DNA of 41,334 nucleotides from a virus: IMG/VR virus record IMGVR_UViG_3300045988_180547; one strand, 5' to 3'. Shown piece by piece: positions 1 to 7,964 of this stretch (position 1 is its first letter; each line of letters starts with the position of its first letter). The notes under the pieces were generated by a model. It saw only the letters and a program-made list of their open reading frames with translations, ran no database searches and was not told where the DNA came from. The position numbers and the translations under genes were made by a program.

Positions 1-55
1 TGCTTTCAACTGCCCTAAAATAGCCACTTTTATGGTTTAGGTATTATCTTCCCCA
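1..55. repeat. 55-bp terminal direct repeat, copy 1 (identical to 41280..41334); att core or circular-contig k-mer overlap
   Basis: Read directly: bases 1..55 (tgctttcaactgccctaaaatagccacttttatggtttaggtattatcttcccca) recur exactly at 41280..41334. Confidence 0.85.
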
Positions 56-146
56 GATAATTTTTCTCTAAATTTATTGCTTTTATAATTTTCTTAAACC
101 TCTATTTTTACAGTGTTTGAAAGGTTTTTTAAAACTATAATTTTTT

Positions 147-173
147 AATTTGCGTTCTATTTGTGTTCTACCA
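147..173. repeat. 27-bp direct repeat B (atttgcgttctatttgtgtNctacc), copy 1; candidate integrase arm-type site
   Basis: Near-identical copy at 41220..41246 (1-2 mismatches); the two flank the 55-bp repeat on either side of the circular junction. Confidence 0.55.
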
Positions 174-231
174 TATAGGTTCCTTATAATTTTTTATACT
201 TTTAAATTTTATTAGCTCCGCCATACCTAAA

Positions 232-591
232 CTACTTATAAATTAACTTCTCATATACTACATCTAATTTTTTCTCAATTCTATCTGTAGTTTCTTTTTG
301 CTGTTGAGACAAGTTTAACATTTGTTCTTGTGTTGCTGCTGATGCCATTCTTCTTTCTAAATCTGTTATTTTTTCATCTTGCATCTTATTTTTTAAATCT
401 ATGAGTTTTAGTTCTGTATCAAGTCTTGAGTTTAAAGAGTCAAAATTTTTTTCAATTTGATTTTTAATTTCTCCTACCTCATCAAGAGTTTTATTTTTAC
501 TCACAAGAGAACTTCCCATCATGGTAAGTACTCCTGTAATAATGATAGTTATTATTGTGGAGAGAGCATTTTCTTTAATTCTCTCCCACAT
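232..591 (-). CDS. membrane-anchored coiled-coil protein, possible lysis accessory or holin-associated
   Basis: N-terminal hydrophobic helix (ALSTIITIIITGVLTMMG) followed by a charged coiled coil; last gene of the lysis cluster. Confidence 0.4.
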   Translation of the reverse strand: MWERIKENALSTIITIIITGVLTMMGSSLVSKNKTLDEVGEIKNQIEKNFDSLNSRLDTELKLIDLKNKMQDEKITDLERRMASAATQEQMLNLSQQQKETTDRIEKKLDVVYEKLIYK

Positions 592-772
592 TTTTATTTT
601 CTCCTTTCAACTTCCCAAAAACTATCTCATATAGCTCATCATCAGCTTTAGATTTTGTTTGTTTAACTAAGATACCTAATCCCCAAATAACTATTTTTTC
701 CATGACAGCAGTTGAAAAATATTTGATTATCATCATCTTTATAAAATTTAATACTATCCCCATACTATACAC
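575..772 (-). CDS. small membrane protein, holin candidate
   Basis: 65 aa, hydrophobic segment KIVIWGLGILV with a charged C-terminus, immediately downstream of the endolysin on the minus strand. Confidence 0.4.
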   Translation of the reverse strand: MYSMGIVLNFIKMMIIKYFSTAVMEKIVIWGLGILVKQTKSKADDELYEIVFGKLKGENKNVGEN

Positions 773-1202
773 CTCTGTATAATTTTATCTCTCTGCCTCT
801 TCTAGCAACTAAAATTGGTAATACTTTTCCTCCACCTTTTCTCCACATTTTCCAAGCCTCTTCTACATCTTTCATATCTGCTCCTGCATTTATTCTTTTA
901 ACTACTGTTGAATTTGCAAAAGCATTAGTTCCTATATTGAAGGCTAGGCTTACTAATGCATCAAATTGATTTTGTTCAATAGGATATTTGATACTTTTAT
1001 TGACTACATCTTCAAATCTTTTTAAATCAGATTTTAAAAGTTCAATTGCTTCTACTCTTGATATCTCCATTCCGGGCACTACATCTTTTCCTGTATGCCC
1101 TATCCCTATTGTTAAAATTCCAGCCTGGCATTTGTAAGCTTTTAATTTTATTCCACCTTCTTCCTTAATCAAAAATTCTATTCCTTTATCTGATATTTTC
1201 AT
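765..1202 (-). CDS. endolysin, phage lysozyme (GH24, T4/lambda-R-like muramidase)
   Basis: Motif EGGIKLKAYKCQAGILTIGIGHTG matches the lysozyme catalytic region (E...D...TIGxGH); 145 aa. Confidence 0.85.
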   Translation of the reverse strand: MKISDKGIEFLIKEEGGIKLKAYKCQAGILTIGIGHTGKDVVPGMEISRVEAIELLKSDLKRFEDVVNKSIKYPIEQNQFDALVSLAFNIGTNAFANSTVVKRINAGADMKDVEEAWKMWRKGGGKVLPILVARRGREIKLYRGV

Positions 1203-1220
1203 TATTTATCAACTCCTTTT

Positions 1221-1313
1221 TTATCAGTTATAACTGACAAAAATATTATTTTAGGTAATTTTATAAGTTATACTTGATAACTTATAAAAAACGACCTCGT
1301 AAAATCGTTTTTA
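1221..1313. promoter_or_regulatory. cluster of palindromes and hairpin upstream of the endolysin (tcagttataactga; tataagttat-N5-ataacttata; aaaaacga-N10-tcgttttt)
   Basis: Perfect inverted repeats read directly in the 1203..1358 intergenic region. Confidence 0.3.
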
Positions 1314-1358
1314 AGGCACGTCAAAAGTAAAAGAGGTAATTAAAGTATGACTAGGATA

Positions 1359-1676
1359 TTAGAAAAATTTGTTAAATCTATTTTTAAATTTTTCTAAGGC
1401 ATCAGATGGCTTAGGAATAACTATTTCCTCTTCTTTAATTTCTTCTAAAGCAGTTGCTTTGAAAACTGTTTCATTTTGCTCTTCAGGAAATAATACTTTT
1501 TCTGCATTATCCATAAATTCATTATAATCATCTAAAACATGAGCATCTTCCATCTTATCTTTTCCTCTTGGAGTATCTAACTTTTTATACTCTTCATATT
1601 GCTCTCTTAATTCTAAGATTCCTTCTTCTCTTTCTACAATTCCTCTTAATACTTTTACTTCTTCTTTTGTTAACAT
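1359..1676 (-). CDS. hypothetical protein
   Basis: 105-aa ORF with RBS, in the late operon. Confidence 0.45.
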   Translation of the reverse strand: MLTKEEVKVLRGIVEREEGILELREQYEEYKKLDTPRGKDKMEDAHVLDDYNEFMDNAEKVLFPEEQNETVFKATALEEIKEEEIVIPKPSDALEKFKNRFNKFF

Positions 1677-1694
1677 AATAAATCACTCCTTTTT

Positions 1695-2630
1695 TTATTT
1701 TGAATTAAATTTATTTTTAAAGTTTATTAAAGCTTCACTAGGTTGATGTATTTCTATGCCTTTATTTTCTATACTCATAGTTCTAGCTCGTGAAATTTGT
1801 TTTTGCTCTCGTAATGAATCCATTAAAACTCTAAGTTCTATCATCATTTTTACATACTCTTCTGAAAGAGCTGGGTCTTGTCTTTCCATTTGCTTAACTG
1901 TAGAATAAGTATCTAAAGGTTCATATTCTACATACTGAGCTTGAACTCTATCATAATCAGTAGTTAAGTCTATCCAAATATGATTTTCCTTATCCCAATC
2001 ATTAACAAGATATTCAGGAGGACAAGGAACTGTAATAAGTTCTTGTTTTTCTTCATCTATATATTGCCCTGGTTCTAATATAATGATATTTTCTTTGAAT
2101 ATCACTTCGTTTTCAGAGAGTTTTCTTTGTCCTCTTTGGTATTTTTCATAATCTGTTGCTTCTCTGATTATATTTCCCTCATCTATTGAGATATAGAAAG
2201 GGATATCTTTTCCAAAATGACTATATACCTCTTTTTGAAAATATTGATTAGGATTTTTTAAAGGTTTTGGAAACACTGCTATTACTTGAGATTTATTGAA
2301 CTTATCAGCATAAGCTTTATCAAGATAAAAATATTGTTTTTCAGGGTCTACCTCAACTTCTTCATCAAAATCACTTTCTACTTCTTGAATTTCTTCTGAT
2401 AACATTCTAGGTGCTATTTCTTCTAACTCAATAAGTTCTTCAATATTATCTAAAGATTCATTATATTTGAATTTATGAGGAATATCTATCCCTTCATAGA
2501 TTAGTATTTCTTGAACATTAAAACATTTTTTTCTTGCTTCAAGCTCTTCTTGACTTATTTCTATTTCAGATACAGCAATACATTTTGCTATACCTTGTTT
2601 TGCTAAAATTTTATCTAAATAAAATAACAT
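1695..2630 (-). CDS. hypothetical acidic protein (tail-fibre-associated position)
   Basis: 311-aa ORF directly downstream of the fibre-switch segment. Confidence 0.5.
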   Translation of the reverse strand: MLFYLDKILAKQGIAKCIAVSEIEISQEELEARKKCFNVQEILIYEGIDIPHKFKYNESLDNIEELIELEEIAPRMLSEEIQEVESDFDEEVEVDPEKQYFYLDKAYADKFNKSQVIAVFPKPLKNPNQYFQKEVYSHFGKDIPFYISIDEGNIIREATDYEKYQRGQRKLSENEVIFKENIIILEPGQYIDEEKQELITVPCPPEYLVNDWDKENHIWIDLTTDYDRVQAQYVEYEPLDTYSTVKQMERQDPALSEEYVKMMIELRVLMDSLREQKQISRARTMSIENKGIEIHQPSEALINFKNKFNSK

Positions 2631-2667
2631 TTTATCAACTCCTTTTTATAATTTAAAATGTTTGGGT

Positions 2668-2685
2668 ATTTAAAAATTTCTGTCC
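2668..2685. repeat. 18-bp inverted repeat, left arm (atttaaaaatttctgtcc) of the invertible tail-fibre segment
   Basis: Perfect reverse complement of 3636..3653. Confidence 0.8.
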
Positions 2686-2686
2686 A

Positions 2687-3169
2687 TTTAAAGTAGGAGA
2701 TATCTACTTAACTACCAATTCAACTAACCCATCTAGTATCTTTTTAGGCACTACTTGGCAGAAAATCGAAGGTAAATTCCTAATGGGTACTTCTGGAAGT
2801 GGAGCTAGTAAAGCCACTGGTGGAAGTAACTCTAGGACTATTGTTCAAGCTAACTTACCTAATATAAAATTAGCTGTTGATAGCTTTAGTTTATCAAGAG
2901 GTACTCAAAATATTACTGGTTCGGCTGACACTTGGACATATCAGAGTGAAACAATTTCAAGTGGAGCTCTTTATTTCAGTGGAACTGGAAAACGAAACTA
3001 CAATGTTAATGGAGGTTGGTCAGGAACTAGCTTAAAATTAGATGCTTCAAAAACTTGGACAGGAAGTACAAACTCTGTATCTCCTCAAACATCAACCTTG
3101 GGAAGTGGACAAGCTCTTGATATTACACCTAGCTACTACACTTGTCATATGTGGCTAAGATTAACTTAA
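2687..3169 (+). CDS. silent alternative tail-fibre C-terminal cassette (start-less, expressed only after inversion)
   Basis: Open frame from the IR at 2668 through 3169 encodes KNFCPFKVGDIYLTTNSTNPSSIFLGTTWQKIEGKFLMGTSGS...KLAVDSFSLSRGT...SKTWTGSTNSVSPQT...MWLRLT, co-linear and about 40-50% identical to the C-terminal 164 aa of 3161..3829. Confidence 0.7.
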   Translation, partial: FKVGDIYLTTNSTNPSSIFLGTTWQKIEGKFLMGTSGSGASKATGGSNSRTIVQANLPNIKLAVDSFSLSRGTQNITGSADTWTYQSETISSGALYFSGTGKRNYNVNGGWSGTSLKLDASKTWTGSTNSVSPQTSTLGSGQALDITPSYYTCHMWLRLT

Positions 3170-3829
3170 TCTTTTCCATATGTTGACTACTAAATAAGGT
3201 GGAAGTATTGAAAATGGAGTTCCTTTTCCTAGATTAACAGTCTGAGGTTGAGCTGTATTAGTAGTTCCTGTCCATGAACGTGAAGCTCGAAACTTATAAA
3301 AGGGTTTATTAGCAAACGATGCTGAACCATTACCATACTTTGTTCCTTCAGTATAAAAAGCTCCAGAAAAATCAGAGGACGTATCAATAACACCTAAATC
3401 ACCATTAATTTCCATAGTACCTCTACTTAACGAGAAACTATCAAGTTGGATTTTAGTAGCTGGGAGATTATCTCCTATTAATTTTACTGTACTAGCTCCT
3501 CCAGTAGTTCCTAATCCATAAGATGAACTACTACCCAGTAAAAACCTACCTTCTTGCTTAGCCCATGTAGTACCTAACCATAAAGTTGAGGGATTTTCAT
3601 TACCTAGTGAAAGATATAGTGAATTTACTGGGAAAGGACAGAAATTTTTAAATGTCTCGCTAATTCCTTCAATTAAAGGATTATAATATCCCATTAAAGC
3701 AGCTACAAGAGCATCAATACTATCATAATCTACTAACTTTTTCCCAATAGATTTTTCTAATGCCATAGTATCTATTTCATTTATCTCTAATTGTTGTTTA
3801 ACTAAGTTTATTTTTTCTTTTAAACTCAT
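3161..3829 (-). CDS. tail-fibre receptor-binding protein with switchable C-terminal domain
   Basis: Constant N-terminus (aa 1-58) upstream of the IR, variable C-terminus inside the invertible segment; G/S/T-rich fibre-tip sequence. Confidence 0.7.
   Translation of the reverse strand: MSLKEKINLVKQQLEINEIDTMALEKSIGKKLVDYDSIDALVAALMGYYNPLIEGISETFKNFCPFPVNSLYLSLGNENPSTLWLGTTWAKQEGRFLLGSSSSYGLGTTGGASTVKLIGDNLPATKIQLDSFSLSRGTMEINGDLGVIDTSSDFSGAFYTEGTKYGNGSASFANKPFYKFRASRSWTGTTNTAQPQTVNLGKGTPFSILPPYLVVNIWKRLS
3636..3653. repeat. 18-bp inverted repeat, right arm (ggacagaaatttttaaat)
   Basis: Perfect reverse complement of 2668..2685; lies inside tail-fibre gene 3161..3829 at codons for FKNFCPF. Confidence 0.8.
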
Positions 3830-3843
3830 TATCTATCAACTCC

Positions 3844-4635
3844 TTAAGCCTTATATTTATCAATAATGGCTTGTGCTTCTTCTTCAGTCATTGTATTGTT
3901 TAATGCTGTTTCTACTGTTGTTGCTTTTGATAAAGCACTCTCAGCTGTACTTTTAGCTGTATTAGCTGTTTGACTAGCTGTTCCAGCTTGTTGTAAAGCT
4001 GAGTCACTATCAGTAGCTGCTTTATTCCATTTAGTTTTTTCTGCATCTGTTACAAATCTATGACTTGTATCCTCAGTTATCATAGAAGCTGGATGACTAG
4101 ATGGATGAGTATAATTATTAGCTCCAGCTTGGATACCATCTAATTTTTTCTTGTCTTCCTTACTCATTAAACCATCTGAACTTTGAGTAGCATTTCCAGG
4201 TAAAAATAAATCTCCTAATGCTTGCCAATCATTAACTTCTTCAGCTTCATAAATTAACATAGTATTCTTATTTTGATAAGTTGGCTCCTGAGTTACTATT
4301 ACATAGTATCCTTCTTTTGGAGATGGAATGGCAGCTTCTAAAGCTTCTAAAGTTTCATATACTCCCTTCCAAGCTAATCCACTAGCAAATGTATTTATTG
4401 CTGCTGTTAATTGCTCTTGGGATACTTTATCATTCCAAGTTTTTTTCTCTTGAGAACTTACAAATTTTTTGCTATCTGTCTCTGTTACTTGATCAGCACT
4501 ATGTGTATGAGAGGATTCAGCTTTTGTTTTTATTAGTGTTATAACTTCTTTAGCTAATAAATCATAAGCAACCTCATCTATTATTTTCTTTCCACTTGCT
4601 AAAATTTCAGCTACTCTTGTATCTAAATTTTCCAT
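3844..4635 (-). CDS. tail-fibre protein with phage tail-fibre repeats
   Basis: Two copies of the H.H/S..D..TE.DS..FV...EK..WN repeat (HTHSADQVTETDSKKFVSSQEKKTWN; THPSSHPASMITEDTSHRFVTDAEKTKWN). Confidence 0.65.
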   Translation of the reverse strand: MENLDTRVAEILASGKKIIDEVAYDLLAKEVITLIKTKAESSHTHSADQVTETDSKKFVSSQEKKTWNDKVSQEQLTAAINTFASGLAWKGVYETLEALEAAIPSPKEGYYVIVTQEPTYQNKNTMLIYEAEEVNDWQALGDLFLPGNATQSSDGLMSKEDKKKLDGIQAGANNYTHPSSHPASMITEDTSHRFVTDAEKTKWNKAATDSDSALQQAGTASQTANTAKSTAESALSKATTVETALNNTMTEEEAQAIIDKYKA

Positions 4636-4640
4636 TTATA

Positions 4641-5210
4641 TCACTCCTTGTTTTGATTTTTATATTTGTCTATTATTGCTTGTGCTTCTTCTAAAGTAAT
4701 AATATCCTTTTGCATATCATCTTTAAGTTGATCCGCATACTCCTTTAATTCATTTTTAGAATTTTTTAAAATCTCATATAACTCATCTACTACATCTTTT
4801 ACATATTCTTTTTCATCACTAGGTAATAAAGGCTCTAGAAATTCCCAATCTTTTTTTTCAACAACATGAAAATATACTTCTTGAATACTACCTACTATCT
4901 TTCCTCTATCAGAACTTCTTAATACTAATCTACAATATACTTTTCCAAATCCCTGTAATATTTCATTTGGAATATCAATATCTATATTAGTATTTATTGT
5001 ACTATCTATTTCTTTCTCAACTACATAAGGTTCAGTAGGATTATTAGAACTACAAAATACAGCTCTAAGATTACCCTGAAAATTTTCTAAATTTTTTAAA
5101 TTTATTTTTAGAATTCCTATTCCATAATCTCCTTGGAGGAAAAATATAGGATAAAAATTTACATTTTTTAGAATATCCCAATATACAATCATTTCTTTCA
5201 AAATTATCAT
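4641..5210 (-). CDS. hypothetical tail-associated protein
   Basis: 189-aa ORF; C-terminus EEAQAIIDKYK shared with 3844..4635. Confidence 0.45.
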   Translation of the reverse strand: MIILKEMIVYWDILKNVNFYPIFFLQGDYGIGILKINLKNLENFQGNLRAVFCSSNNPTEPYVVEKEIDSTINTNIDIDIPNEILQGFGKVYCRLVLRSSDRGKIVGSIQEVYFHVVEKKDWEFLEPLLPSDEKEYVKDVVDELYEILKNSKNELKEYADQLKDDMQKDIITLEEAQAIIDKYKNQNKE

Positions 5211-5391
5211 TCCTCCTTAATTTTATATTTTTCTACCAGTTCCTGCATTTCTTTTGATGTTGTTCTTTCAAAATTTTCATCTATAATTTCAAGATTTTCA
5301 GTTATATTTTCCAATACTCTAACACTATCATTTCTCTCTGGAAGATTCATATTTAAATTTTTAGAAACTCTCATTTAATCCCTCCTCCTCT

Positions 5392-5931
5392 TTAAGTTAA
5401 AATTGGTTCTTCATATAATTGCTGCCAAGTATACTTTTCTAATTGTTCCCAAGTAAAAGGCTCTAATTCTCCCCAAGTTCTATATCTATACTTAATATCA
5501 TAAGTCAAATGAGCAGGTTTATTTATATCTACCATTTGTCTAAAGTTATCAATATTTGGTGGAGTTCCTATCATACTTGTGAATTGAATTATAAAATTAT
5601 ATAAAGCAAATTGCTGTTCTATGGCTATTTCTCCATTAGTAAAAATATTTGCTTGTTCTTCTAAAAATTGCTCAGTACAACTTTGATTAGAGTTAATAGT
5701 ATAGATTATCCTTTCTATTCTGTCTTGTAGTGTCCAAGTAGTTTCTTGAGATAAACTTAGCCATTTTTCCCAAACGGGGACTGTAAACTCGTTAAACATT
5801 ATTGGGATTGCATAGGAAATAAAATTTTCTACTGTCATATCTAATTTAGCATCTTCTTTTTGAAGAGCATTAAAAAAAGCAACTAAAAATCCATTTCTAG
5901 CTGCTTTTCCTATCATCTTTATCATATCCAT
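5392..5931 (-). CDS. baseplate/tail protein (XkdU / DUF2313-like position)
   Basis: 179 aa directly downstream of the baseplate-J-like gene; matches PBSX-like synteny. Confidence 0.45.
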   Translation of the reverse strand: MDMIKMIGKAARNGFLVAFFNALQKEDAKLDMTVENFISYAIPIMFNEFTVPVWEKWLSLSQETTWTLQDRIERIIYTINSNQSCTEQFLEEQANIFTNGEIAIEQQFALYNFIIQFTSMIGTPPNIDNFRQMVDINKPAHLTYDIKYRYRTWGELEPFTWEQLEKYTWQQLYEEPILT

Positions 5932-7013
5932 TCAGTAAAATTCACCTCCTGAAGTTCTGCAACCTCTTCATCTGTTAATTGAATAGAGGCTGTAGTTCCA
6001 TTAAGAGTAAAATTTTGATAATCTATAACTCCATCAACTTGGAATAATAAATTAGCTACCTTAAATATTGATAATACTCCATCTAATACAAAATTATCTT
6101 CTGTTAATTTTTGTTGAAGTAATCTTTTGAAATCTTCTTTTATAGTTTCAATCTCACTAGATGAAGAGTGTTTTATCTCTCCAGCTATAGTTATATTCTT
6201 AGCTCTAAAAGATTTTACAGTAACATCAGCATTGATAATTTTAACTGTATCTATATAAGTTTGAACATCTTCTACTAGTTCTTCATCAGCTACTCCATAA
6301 CTATAGTCAGATATCATTATCTCTACTTGTCCTGCATTAACTCCTTCTTTTTCTCTTGCTCCCCATACTGTAACTTTACCCACTCCAGCTACACTTTTAG
6401 CCCATAATATATAATTATTTTTATTTCCACTATGAGCTGGCATAGATGCTTTTTCGTGCATCCTTTCTTTTGCCATTTCAACTGATTCAATATCAGCTCC
6501 ATTTTCTATTTTTTCTTTATTAGTAACTCCATAAATATCTGTATTAGCAATCTCAAAAGTAGTAATATCTCCTATACCACAATTTCCAATTATTCCAGCC
6601 TCTTGGCACTCAATAGCTACTACTGATTCTCCATTACTTCCTATTACTCCATTTTCTATAGTTTCATACTTAATACCAAGTCTTGAAATAACAACTATTC
6701 CAGGACTTAGAATAACTCCAACTTTACCTGTTATTGTAACTTCTCCTCTTGCTTTTACAGCTTCTCTTCTAGTTAATCCAAATGTTTGTAGATGCATAGA
6801 AAGATATGGTTCCTTTGTACAACTCCAAGGGAATAATTCTGGAAAGATCTCAGCTAATTTATCATATATCTCTTTTAACTTTTTAGCATGAGCTGATGCT
6901 ACATCATATGCATATCCACCTTCTATTTTACTTACTTCATATTCTAAATTATTTAAAATATCATTTTTAATCTGATACTCTTCAGGTAAATCTAATTTAA
7001 CTACATACTCCAT
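5922..7013 (-). CDS. baseplate J-like protein (XkdT / gp47 family)
   Basis: 363 aa; its size and position in the TMP-baseplate series fit myovirus baseplate J. Confidence 0.6.
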   Translation of the reverse strand: MEYVVKLDLPEEYQIKNDILNNLEYEVSKIEGGYAYDVASAHAKKLKEIYDKLAEIFPELFPWSCTKEPYLSMHLQTFGLTRREAVKARGEVTITGKVGVILSPGIVVISRLGIKYETIENGVIGSNGESVVAIECQEAGIIGNCGIGDITTFEIANTDIYGVTNKEKIENGADIESVEMAKERMHEKASMPAHSGNKNNYILWAKSVAGVGKVTVWGAREKEGVNAGQVEIMISDYSYGVADEELVEDVQTYIDTVKIINADVTVKSFRAKNITIAGEIKHSSSSEIETIKEDFKRLLQQKLTEDNFVLDGVLSIFKVANLLFQVDGVIDYQNFTLNGTTASIQLTDEEVAELQEVNFTEWI

Positions 7014-7438
7014 AAACTTGTATTCACCTCACTTTCAACAGTTCCATATATAGTATCTACATTAAAACTAATAATAGGACTTCTACCACCTTCTATAGAA
7101 AAATTATAGACATTAGTTATATAAGGATTAACTAATAAGCAAGTTTTAATTTCATTTATCATTAAAGCATCTTTAGTAGTTTTATCATATATTTGTCCTA
7201 TATTTTCTATTAAGTCATTTCCATAATCCTCAGAATAGACTAAATATCTATTTCTTTCAGTTTTTAATGTTTTCCATACCCAAACTTTTAAAGCTTCTGT
7301 TTTTTCAAGAATTATAACTTCTCCATTTTGTAAAATAGGCTCTCCAGTATTAAAATCTATTGCTATTTCTTTGAAGAGAGGTAAATCAGCTTCAACTATT
7401 ACTTGCTGTGTATCTGTAAATATTTCAAATCCTGCCAT
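7001..7438 (-). CDS. baseplate wedge protein (XkdS / gpW-like)
   Basis: 145 aa, synteny. Confidence 0.45.
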   Translation of the reverse strand: MAGFEIFTDTQQVIVEADLPLFKEIAIDFNTGEPILQNGEVIILEKTEALKVWVWKTLKTERNRYLVYSEDYGNDLIENIGQIYDKTTKDALMINEIKTCLLVNPYITNVYNFSIEGGRSPIISFNVDTIYGTVESEVNTSLWSM

Positions 7439-7439
7439 A

Positions 7440-7964
7440 CTATACCCCCTCTATTGCTCCACTTGGCATCTTAGTTATCTTACTAACCACTACCCAATGA
7501 ACTCCAACTATATTTACTAGAACCTCATCTCCTTGTTTTAAAGTATCTTCTAACCATAAATCTTTATGAGATTGATAAGTTCCATTACCTCTGATTGCTC
7601 CACTTCCTTCTCCACTACTTTCAAAACTTCCGCTAGCATTGATACTTGGTACTTCATGAGAATGTGGTCCCTCTCCAGCTGGATTTGTACTTGTACTATT
7701 GCTCAAAGATATATTTTTTAAAGTTCCTGAAATCTCTCTTGTAGTAAGTTCTATATTGTCTATTATCCCATCTATTTTATAATTTCTATGATAATGAGGT
7801 AATAAATAGTTAGAGCAATATATTTGTTTTGATGGAATTACTTGTTCAGCATATTTAAGAGTTAAATTTGGTGGTGGAGATTCAACTTTAGCTATCACTT
7901 GAGTGATATTTTTATTTCTTTTTATTTCATCTAAAATCTTAGATAATATTATTTGCCAATTCAT
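7440..7964 (-). CDS. baseplate assembly protein (XkdR / YqbR-like)
   Basis: 174 aa, synteny. Confidence 0.4.
   Translation of the reverse strand: MNWQIILSKILDEIKRNKNITQVIAKVESPPPNLTLKYAEQVIPSKQIYCSNYLLPHYHRNYKIDGIIDNIELTTREISGTLKNISLSNSTSTNPAGEGPHSHEVPSINASGSFESSGEGSGAIRGNGTYQSHKDLWLEDTLKQGDEVLVNIVGVHWVVVSKITKMPSGAIEGV

Noticed and set aside
457-651. Plus-strand ORFs antisense to minus-strand genes (457..651, 10578..10778, 11806..12105, 12154..12411, 12702..12890, 12921..13193, 16069..16269, 16530..16814, 23127..23318, 23639..23833, 26797..27015, 27639..27836, 28638..28901, 29258..29530, 31154..31378, 31731..32138), and the minus-strand ORFs 34034..34258 and 37061..37282 nested in or opposite real genes
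   Set aside because: They are low-complexity S/F/L/I-rich translations embedded in or opposite well-supported genes, have no RBS, and are typical shadow ORFs of AT-rich DNA
2783-3169. 2783..3169 as an independent plus-strand gene
   Set aside because: Its reading frame stays open and homologous to the tail fibre back to the inverted repeat at 2668, and it has no RBS at the ATG. It is better explained as a silent invertible cassette
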